32,000 nucleotides of DNA. Source: an uncultured Actinomycetes bacterium (GTDB taxonomy: Bacteria > Actinomycetota > Actinomycetes > S36-B12 > CAIYMF01). The first letter of the stretch is position 1, and every line of letters begins with the position of its first letter. Shown here in pieces: positions 25,724-32,000 of the stretch. The notes under the pieces are model-generated. The model was given only the letters and a program-made list of their open reading frames with translations. It did no database searches and was not told the origin of the DNA. The stretch spans positions 570,001 through 602,000 of the forward strand of contig CAWJMG010000001.1 in NCBI GenBank assembly GCA_963843975.1, written 5' to 3'. Both the position numbers and the translations under genes were made by a program.

Positions 25724-26625
25724 GGGCCGAACACCCGCTGGGCGTTGTCCCACAGCGCCTGCGCGAGCACGTCCTCGTCGTGGCCACCGGCGTCGGCCAT
25801 CGCTCGCACGGTGTGCGGCACGAGGTAGGAGGCGTTCGGGCGCCCGCGGTACGGCGTCGGCGTGAGGTACGGCGCGTCCGTCTCGACCAGCACGTTCGCG
25901 AGCGGCGCCACCGCGACCGCCTCGCGCAGGGCCTTCGCGTTCTTGAACGTCACCGTGCCCGCGAACGACAGGAACCAGCCGCGCTCGGTGCAGTAGCGCG
26001 CCATCTCGGCGTCGCCGGAGTAGCAGTGGAACACCACGTGCTCGGGCGCGCCCTCGGACTCGAGCACGCGGATCACGTCGTCGTGGGCGTCGCGGTCGTG
26101 GATGACGACGGGCTTGCCGAGCCGCTTGGCGAGGTCGATGTGCCGGCGGAACGACTCCTCCTGCGTGGCACGCCCCTCCTCGCCGGTACGGAAGAAGTCG
26201 AGCCCCGTCTCGCCCACCGCACGCACCCGCGGGTCGGACGCGAGCGCCTCGATCTCGGCCCAGCCCTCCTCGAGCGCGGCCCGTCCCGAGGCCGCCTCGA
26301 TGCGCGGCGCCTCGTTGGGGTGCAGCGCGACGGTGGCGACGAGGTGCTCGTGCTCGTGGGCCGCGACGACCGACCAGCGGGCGCTCGGCAGGTCGCAGCC
26401 CACCTGCACGACGCGCGTGACGCCGACCGATGCCGCCCGTGCAAGGGCCTCGCCGACGCCGAGCCACTCGGCCCCGGCGTCGCCGTCGTGGATGTCGATG
26501 TGGCAGTGCGTGTCGATCACCGGCGTGCGCAGCGGCTGAGGCAGCGGCGGTCGTTCGAGGTCGCGCGAGTGCCCGGTCTCCTGCTGCGCCGCGCGCTGGC
26601 GGACGGGCTCGTCGGTGGCGGCCAT
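25717..26625 (-). CDS. tatD: TatD family metal-dependent hydrolase (deoxyribonuclease)
   Basis: C-terminal 302 codons of track ORF 25717..28029, with ATG at 26625. It carries [35 protein letters not shown] and [12 protein letters not shown]. Confidence 0.88.
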   Translation of the reverse strand: MAATDEPVRQRAAQQETGHSRDLERPPLPQPLRTPVIDTHCHIDIHDGDAGAEWLGVGEALARAASVGVTRVVQVGCDLPSARWSVVAAHEHEHLVATVALHPNEAPRIEAASGRAALEEGWAEIEALASDPRVRAVGETGLDFFRTGEEGRATQEESFRRHIDLAKRLGKPVVIHDRDAHDDVIRVLESEGAPEHVVFHCYSGDAEMARYCTERGWFLSFAGTVTFKNAKALREAVAVAPLANVLVETDAPYLTPTPYRGRPNASYLVPHTVRAMADAGGHDEDVLAQALWDNAQRVFGPW

Positions 26626-26642
26626 GTCGGGAGGCGCCGACC

Positions 26643-28244
26643 TCAGTCGGCGGTCTCCTCCAGGCGCGGGAACAGGATCGCGCCCTTCGTGATCGTGGCG
26701 CCGACGGGCAGCTGGCCCCAGCGGCCGGCGTCGGTGACGACCTGCTGGCCGATCGGGCCGAGCGAGGCCTCTGCGCCGATCTGCTCCCACAGCGACGCCG
26801 TCGCCTTGGGCATCACGGCGTGGTGCAGCACCGCGATCGCGCGCAGCGACTCGCAGATCGTGTAGAGCACGGTCGAGAGGCGCTCGTCGTTGGCCGGGTC
26901 CTTCGCCAGCGCCCACGGCGCCTGCTCGGTGACGTAGAGGTTGACCGCGTCGACGAACGACTTCATCGCGCCGATGCCGCCCGCGAAATCCAGGCGGAGC
27001 ATGCACTCGTCGGCCGTCGCGACCGTCGAGACGAGCAGCGCCTGCAGCGCCTCCTCGGCCTCTCCGTACGCCGTCGGCTCGGGCAGCAGCCCGTCGCGGT
27101 ACTTCGCCACCATCGCGGGAGCCCGCGAGGCGAGGTTGCCGAGGCCGTTCGCGAGCTCGGAGGTGTAGCGCGCCGACATGTCCTCCCACGAGAACGAGCC
27201 GTCCGACCCGAACTGGATCGCGCGCAGGAAGTAGTAGCGGAACGCGTCCGAGCCGAAGTGGTCGACGATCTGGCTCGGCGCGATGCCGGTGAGCTTGCTC
27301 TTGCTCATCTTCTCGCCGCCGACGAGCAGCCAGCCGTGGGCGAAGACCTGGCCCGGCAGCGGAAGGCCCGCGGCCATGAGCATCGCGGGCCAGATGACGG
27401 CGTGGAACCGCAGGATGTCCTTGCCCACGAGGTGGACGTCGGCCGGCCAGGTGGCGGCGAACTGCTCGGCCCCCGGCGTGCCCGGCTCGTCGCCGAGACC
27501 GACGGCGGTGGCGTAGTTGAGCAGCGCGTCGAACCACACGTAGACGACCTGGCTCGGATCCCACGGCACAGGGATGCCCCAGTCGAAGGTCGAGCGCGAG
27601 ATCGACAGGTCGGTGAGGCCGCCGCGCAGGAACGAGGTGACCTCGTTGTACGCCGACTGCGGCTGCACCGCGAGGGGGTTGGCCTCGTAGTGCGCGAGCA
27701 GCGCCTCGCCGTACGCCGAGAGGCGGAAGAACCAGTTGGTCTCGCTGACGGTCTCGACCGGCTTGCCGTGGATCGGGCAGACCTTCTGGCCGGCGTACTC
27801 GCCCTCGCCGTCGAGCAGGTCGCCCGGCAGCTTGAACTCCTCGCAGCCGACGCAGTAGGGCCCGTCGTACGAGCCCTCGTAGATCTCGCCCTTGTCCTTG
27901 AGGCCCTGGAGGAACTTCTGGACCCGCTCGGTGTGCCGGGTGGAGGTGGTGCGGATGAAGTCGTCGTTGACGGCGCCGATGGTCTCGAGCACCGGCAGCC
28001 AGGCGCTCTCGACGAGGCGGTCGGCCCACTCCTGCGGGGCGACGCCGTTGGCCTCGGCGGTGCGCATGACCTTCTGGCCGTGCTCGTCGACGCCGGTGAG
28101 GAACCAGACCTTCTCGCCGCGCTGGCGGTGCCAGCGGGTGAGCACGTCGCCCGCCGTCGTCGTGTACGCGTGCCCGATGTGGGGCGCGTCGTTGACGTAG
28201 TAGATCGGCGTGGTCAGGTAGAACGCCTTCTCGGTTCCGGGCAC
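26643..28244 (-). CDS. metG: methionine--tRNA ligase
   Basis: 533-aa ORF with a GTG start. The HIGH-type motif is PHIGHAYTT, and the zinc-knuckle region is YCVGCEEF...CPIHG. The KMSKS motif is KMSKSK. Confidence 0.95.
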   Translation of the reverse strand: MPGTEKAFYLTTPIYYVNDAPHIGHAYTTTAGDVLTRWHRQRGEKVWFLTGVDEHGQKVMRTAEANGVAPQEWADRLVESAWLPVLETIGAVNDDFIRTTSTRHTERVQKFLQGLKDKGEIYEGSYDGPYCVGCEEFKLPGDLLDGEGEYAGQKVCPIHGKPVETVSETNWFFRLSAYGEALLAHYEANPLAVQPQSAYNEVTSFLRGGLTDLSISRSTFDWGIPVPWDPSQVVYVWFDALLNYATAVGLGDEPGTPGAEQFAATWPADVHLVGKDILRFHAVIWPAMLMAAGLPLPGQVFAHGWLLVGGEKMSKSKLTGIAPSQIVDHFGSDAFRYYFLRAIQFGSDGSFSWEDMSARYTSELANGLGNLASRAPAMVAKYRDGLLPEPTAYGEAEEALQALLVSTVATADECMLRLDFAGGIGAMKSFVDAVNLYVTEQAPWALAKDPANDERLSTVLYTICESLRAIAVLHHAVMPKATASLWEQIGAEASLGPIGQQVVTDAGRWGQLPVGATITKGAILFPRLEETAD

Positions 28245-28253
28245 CCGCCGATC

Positions 28254-29162
28254 CTAGTTGCGCGGCGGCAGCACCTTCTCGGCGGTTCCGGCTGCCGAGG
28301 CCTTCTTGGCCGCCACCACCGCGTCGTACACGGCGCCCCTGTCCAGCCCGTACGCCGCGGCCACCGCGGCGAGGGCCGCCTTGCGGGGGTCCGCGCCGTC
28401 CGCCACCGCCACCGCAGGGAGGGCCCCGGGCTCTGCCCCCTGGACCACGATCGTGATCTCGCCGCGCAGGCCGTCGGCCGCCCAGGCGGCGAGGTCGCCG
28501 AGGGTGCCGCGGCGGACCTCCTCGTAGGTCTTGGTGAGCTCGCGGCAGACGGCCGCCGGGCGGTCGGCGCCGATCACCTCGGCCATGGCCGCCAGGGCCT
28601 CCCCCACGCGGTGCGGGGCCTCGAAGAAGACGAGCGTGCGCGGGTCTGCGGCGACCGCCGCGAGGGCTCGCCGACGCTCGCCGCCCTTGCGCGGCAGGAA
28701 CCCCTCGAACGCGAACCGGTCGACGGGAAGGCCCGAGAGCGCGAGTGCTGTGAGCACCGCGCTCGGCCCGGGCGCCGCGGTCACCCGGATCCCGGCCGCG
28801 ACTGCGGCGTCCACGAGCCGGTAGCCGGGATCGCTCACGCTCGGCATGCCGGCGTCGGTCACGAGCAGCACGGTGCTGCCGGCCTCGAGCGCGGCCACGA
28901 GCTCGGGCAGCCGCTGACGCTCGACGGCGTCGTAGTACGACACCACGCGGCCCCCGACCGTCACGCCGAGGTCGTCGGCCAGGCGGCGCAGGCGACGGGT
29001 GTCCTCGGCCGCCACGACGTCCGCGGTTGCGATCAGGTCACGGAGGCGACCGGAGGCGTCGTCCGCGCGTCCGATGGGGGTGGCAGCCAGCACCAGCAGA
29101 CCGGAGGACGCCGTTCCCTCGCCGGAGGATCCGGTGTCGTTCGGGGCAGCGTCCACGGGCAT
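28254..29162 (-). CDS. rsmI: 16S rRNA (cytidine1402-2'-O)-methyltransferase
   Basis: 302-aa ORF. It carries LLVLAATPIGRADDASGRL..VVAAEDTRR...LVTDAGMPSVSDPGYRLV...GPSAVLTAL...FEGFLPRK...FFEAPHR. Confidence 0.9.
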   Translation of the reverse strand: MPVDAAPNDTGSSGEGTASSGLLVLAATPIGRADDASGRLRDLIATADVVAAEDTRRLRRLADDLGVTVGGRVVSYYDAVERQRLPELVAALEAGSTVLLVTDAGMPSVSDPGYRLVDAAVAAGIRVTAAPGPSAVLTALALSGLPVDRFAFEGFLPRKGGERRRALAAVAADPRTLVFFEAPHRVGEALAAMAEVIGADRPAAVCRELTKTYEEVRRGTLGDLAAWAADGLRGEITIVVQGAEPGALPAVAVADGADPRKAALAAVAAAYGLDRGAVYDAVVAAKKASAAGTAEKVLPPRN

Positions 29163-29190
29163 CAGCCTGCCACCTCCTTATGCTGTCGGG

Positions 29191-30834
29191 GTGACGGCGA
29201 CCATCGAGGCGGAGCACGCCCCGGCACCGGGCCCTGCGCCGAGCTCCGCGCGGCGCCTGTCACCCCTCGCCGACCGCCTCTCGCCCGCGATGCCCGCCGA
29301 CCGCGCCACGTCGTGGTGGGTGACGATCGGGATCACGATCCTCGGCGGCATCCTGCGCTTCTGGGACCTCGGCCGCCCGCACGCCGTCGTGTTCGACGAG
29401 ACGTACTACATGAAGGACGCGCTCTCGCTGCTGCGCTACGGCAACGAGCGGCAGTTCGTCGACGGCGCCAACAAGCTGATCCTCGCCAGCGACGGGTCGG
29501 ACTGGCGCACCATCGACATCTTCAAGGACGGCGCGGCGTACGTGGTGCACCCGCCGGTCGGCAAGTGGACGATCGCGATCGGCGAGTACGCCTTCGGCCT
29601 GAACCCCTTCGGCTGGCGCTTCATGATGGCGCTGCTCGGCACCCTCATCGTGCTGCTCGTCGTCCGCATCACCCGCCGCCTCACCCGCTCGACGCTCATC
29701 GGTGCGGCCGCCGGCTTGTTCGTCGCCATCGACGGCATGTCGATCGCGCTCTCGCGCACAGCGCTGCTCGACAACACGCTGACGTTCTGGGTCGTCGTCG
29801 CCTTCGGCTGCGTCCTGATGGACCGCGAGCGCACCCGACGGCGCCTCTCCGAACGGGTGCGCGCCTTCACCGACGACCACGACGCGATCCTCGCGCTGCG
29901 CACAGGGCTCGGGCCGCGCACCGGCCTGCACCCGTGGCGCTGGGCGGCGGGCTTCGCGCTCGGCATGGCGTGCGCGACGAAGTGGTCCGGCGTCTGGTTC
30001 GTGGTGGCCTTCGGCCTCTGCGTCGTGATCTGGGACTACGGCATGCGCCGCACCGTCGGCGTGGGCGCGAGCGACGCGGTCGCCGGCGCGTTCATCGGAG
30101 GTCTCGGCGCGTTCGTCGCGATCGTGGGCACCGTCGTCGTGGTGTACCTCGTGTCGTGGACCGGCTGGATCCTGAGCGACGACGGCTTCTACCGCGACTG
30201 GGCCTCGAACAACCCGGCGACCGGGGTGTGGACGCTCGCGCCCGACTGGCTGCGGTCGCTCTGGTACTACCACGGCCAGGCGCTGAACTTCCATCGCGGC
30301 CTGTCCTCGCCGCACTCGTACCAGAGCAATGCGTGGAGCTGGCTGCTGCAGACACGGCCGACGAGCTTCTTCTACGAGGGCACGCCCGAGATCCCCGGCA
30401 GCGCCTGTGGCTCGACCAAGTGCGCGGCCGAGGTGCTCGCCCTCGGCAACCCGATCATCTGGTGGGCCGGCGCCGGTGCGCTCATCCACCAGGCCTGGCG
30501 CTGGGCCGCCCGCCGCGACTGGCGCTCGGGGTACGTCGTGCTCGCTCTGCTGGCCGCATGGGTGCCGTGGCTGGGCTTCCAGGGCCGCACGATCTTCACG
30601 TTCTACAGCGTCGTGATGGCACCGTTCGTCTGCATCGCGCTGGCGATGACGCTCGGCTCGATCCTCGGCCCCACCGACGCCGACCCCCGGCGCCGCACGA
30701 TCGGCGCGAGCGTCGTCGGCTCGATCGTGCTGCTCGCCGTCGCTGCTGCGTGGTTCTTCTACCCGATCTGGTCCGCGCAGACTCTGCCGTACGACGTCTG
30801 GCACCTGCGCATGTGGTTCGACACCTGGGTCTGA
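29191..30834 (+). CDS. dolichyl/polyprenyl-phosphate-mannose--protein O-mannosyltransferase (PMT family)
   Basis: Frame of track ORF 28999..30834. The GTG at 29191 is the first start that does not overlap rsmI. It is multi-pass. VVFDETYYMKDA and HPPVGKWTIAIGEYAFG are the conserved loop-1 motifs, as in the mycobacterial Pmt I remember. Confidence 0.88.
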   Translation: MTATIEAEHAPAPGPAPSSARRLSPLADRLSPAMPADRATSWWVTIGITILGGILRFWDLGRPHAVVFDETYYMKDALSLLRYGNERQFVDGANKLILASDGSDWRTIDIFKDGAAYVVHPPVGKWTIAIGEYAFGLNPFGWRFMMALLGTLIVLLVVRITRRLTRSTLIGAAAGLFVAIDGMSIALSRTALLDNTLTFWVVVAFGCVLMDRERTRRRLSERVRAFTDDHDAILALRTGLGPRTGLHPWRWAAGFALGMACATKWSGVWFVVAFGLCVVIWDYGMRRTVGVGASDAVAGAFIGGLGAFVAIVGTVVVVYLVSWTGWILSDDGFYRDWASNNPATGVWTLAPDWLRSLWYYHGQALNFHRGLSSPHSYQSNAWSWLLQTRPTSFFYEGTPEIPGSACGSTKCAAEVLALGNPIIWWAGAGALIHQAWRWAARRDWRSGYVVLALLAAWVPWLGFQGRTIFTFYSVVMAPFVCIALAMTLGSILGPTDADPRRRTIGASVVGSIVLLAVAAAWFFYPIWSAQTLPYDVWHLRMWFDTWV

Positions 30835-30840
30835 CCCAGC

Positions 30841-30878
30841 GATTTGGTAGTGCTAGGGCGTCATGGGTGACGCTCTAG
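30841..30878. repeat. left arm, loop and start of the right arm of a long hairpin (23-bp stem when rejoined with 31978-31993) lying 6 nt after the pmt stop
   Basis: GATTTGGTAGTGCTAG-G-GCGTCA / TGGG / TGACGC-T-CTAG. The rest of the right arm, CACTACCAAATC, follows the IS481-family element. Confidence 0.7.
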
Positions 30879-31876
30879 CTGTAGTTCCCCGTGAGGTTGT
30901 GAACGCGGGCTGCGGGAACGTCGCCGCCGATGCCGGTGTGGGGTCGGTGGTGATTGTAGGAGTGGATCCAGTCGGCGTAGGTCGCGTCGCGGGCGGCCTG
31001 CGAGGGGTAGGTCTGGGCGTAGGCCCACTCTGAGGCCAGCGTGCGGTTGAAGCGTTCGACCTTGCCGTTGGTCTGGGGCCGATAGGGCCGGGTCCGCTTG
31101 TGCTTGACCTCCTTTCCGAGGGCGGAGGCGAAGTCCTTGGATCTGTAGCAGGGGCCGTTGTCGGTCATGACCGCGGTGACGGTGATGCCGGCCGCGTTGA
31201 AGAACGCCCTCGCTCGCTTCCAGAACGCGGCCGCGGTCTCTTTTCGTTCGTCGGGCAGCTGCTCGGAGTAGGCCAGCCGCGTGTGGTCATCGACGGCGTG
31301 GTGCAGGTAGACGTAGCCGCGGGATGACTTGGCCCCCTGACGCGCGGCTCGGGTCCGTGAGACGCGGGCGCGCTTGTCCTGCTCGGAGCCGCGGCCATAG
31401 GCCCGCCAGCCACCGCCGTCGGGGATCTTCCCGAGCTTCTTGACGTCCACGTGCACGAGGTCGCCCGGAGCGGCAGCCTCATAGCGGGTCGGCTTGGTCT
31501 TGCGGACGGGCAGGCCCGTGGCCTGGTCGAGGTGGGTCAGCAGCGGCATCTGGTAGCGGGCCAGCACCCGCCCGACGGTCGAGCGGGGCACGCCCAGGTG
31601 GTAGGCGATCCGGTGCGGGCCCCACCGACGGGTGAACCGCAGCCCGACGATGCGCTGCTCGAGCCGGCGCGGGCACCGGGTCGGGCTGCGCAGGGGCCGC
31701 GACGACCCGTCGGTCATCGGCATGCCCGCCCGGTAGCGGGCAGCCCACTTCGACGCCGTCGCCGGCGAGCACTGGAACCGCTCAGCGGCCCGGCGGACCG
31801 CCCAGCCGTCCTCGACGATCAGCTTGGCCAGGCGAAGACGACCGACAGGGGTGAGCGGGGCGTTAGCGTGAGTCAC
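30875..31876 (-). CDS. IS481 family transposase
   Basis: 333-aa ORF with a GTG start after GGAGG. It has an N-terminal HTH. The DDE integrase core carries LVHVDVKKLGKIPDGGGW, VMTDNGPCYRS and RPYRPQTNGKVERFNRTL. The stop TAG lies in the CTAG at 30875-30878. Confidence 0.9.
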   Translation of the reverse strand: MTHANAPLTPVGRLRLAKLIVEDGWAVRRAAERFQCSPATASKWAARYRAGMPMTDGSSRPLRSPTRCPRRLEQRIVGLRFTRRWGPHRIAYHLGVPRSTVGRVLARYQMPLLTHLDQATGLPVRKTKPTRYEAAAPGDLVHVDVKKLGKIPDGGGWRAYGRGSEQDKRARVSRTRAARQGAKSSRGYVYLHHAVDDHTRLAYSEQLPDERKETAAAFWKRARAFFNAAGITVTAVMTDNGPCYRSKDFASALGKEVKHKRTRPYRPQTNGKVERFNRTLASEWAYAQTYPSQAARDATYADWIHSYNHHRPHTGIGGDVPAARVHNLTGNYS

Positions 31877-31977
31877 GAAGACCTCCGGGCGAGGGTTGGT
31901 GTGGTAACCCCCTCCGTACCGGAGGTCTTCGCTATCCGTCTACGCCCCGCCGTTCACAACGTCCCTGGGAACTACAT
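30879..31977 (-). mobile_element. IS481-family insertion sequence (~1.1 kb), apparently intact, flanked by CTAG on both sides
   Basis: The imperfect ~27-bp terminal inverted repeats are cTGTAGTTCCCcgtgagGTTGTGAACG (30879-) and CGTTCACAACgtccctGGGAACTACAt (-31977). CTAG sits at 30875-30878 and 31978-31981. Confidence 0.85.
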
Positions 31978-31993
31978 CTAGCACTACCAAATC
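31978..31993. repeat. displaced right arm (CTAGCACTACCAAATC) of the hairpin begun at 30841
   Basis: It is the perfect reverse complement of 30841-30856. Confidence 0.7.
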
Positions 31994-32000
31994 GGGCTTG

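Noticed and set aside
26430-30878. 1482-aa plus-strand ORF, the longest in the track
   Set aside because: It runs antisense to metG and rsmI and out of frame with pmt. Its translation is Arg/Gly/Pro/Ala-rich low-complexity sequence with no recognisable motifs. The three real genes explain the region. This is the typical stop-codon-poor artefact of very GC-rich DNA.
30841-31993. Reading the perfect 16-bp inverted repeats GATTTGGTAGTGCTAG / CTAGCACTACCAAATC as the true ends of the IS481-family element
   Set aside because: The inner ends start with the TGT typical of this family and are flanked by CTAG on both sides. The extra 18 nt present only on the left is itself a hairpin tip (GCGTCA-TGGG-TGACGC). 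This fits a pre-existing long target hairpin better than an asymmetric IS end. It remains testable; see the finding.
1-32000. CRISPR arrays, rRNA genes, prophage, defence or biosynthetic clusters
   Set aside because: I found no regularly spaced short repeats, no rRNA-like AT/GC profile or conserved rRNA strings, and no phage, defence or secondary-metabolite hallmark proteins. The only repeats are the 2-copy minisatellite, the IS inverted repeats and short hairpins.

Overview
Very GC-rich, actinobacterial-type chromosomal DNA packed with core genes. The many long antisense or alternate-frame ORFs in the track are GC artefacts. Left to right: partial M24 peptidase (-), HIBADH-like oxidoreductase (-), secreted MurNAc-L-Ala amidase (-), sucD/sucC (-, sucD frame-broken), a two-copy ~100-bp tandem repeat, an orphan B12-binding mutase small subunit (-), alpha/beta hydrolase (+), secreted M23 peptidase (+), small acidic hypothetical (+), pcrA (-), a secreted LAS-type zinc peptidase fused to three repeated modules (-), PIG-L deacetylase (+), membrane GGDEF-domain protein with a GGDDF motif (-), prs and glmU (-), tRNA-Gln(UUG) (-), TetR (+), GNAT (+), MarR (+), cupin plus flavin monooxygenase (-). 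Then comes a long minus-strand housekeeping string: rsmI-metG-tatD-rsmA-[IS30-family insertion]-ispE (frame-broken)-ABC-F. It is followed by a divergent protein O-mannosyltransferase (+) and an IS481-family element sitting in a long hairpin at the right edge. The gene order matches what I remember of the M. tuberculosis uvrD1/M23/sucCD and pmt-rsmI...metS-tatD-ksgA-ispE...prsA-glmU-tRNA-Gln-TetR neighbourhoods. I do not see a coherent novel multi-gene system: no CRISPR, no defence-island or biosynthetic cluster. The most noteworthy items are two single-base frame breaks in normally essential genes, two IS insertions that each landed in a palindrome, an intergenic minisatellite, an unusual secreted LAS-plus-repeats protein, and a GGDDF cyclase-like protein.
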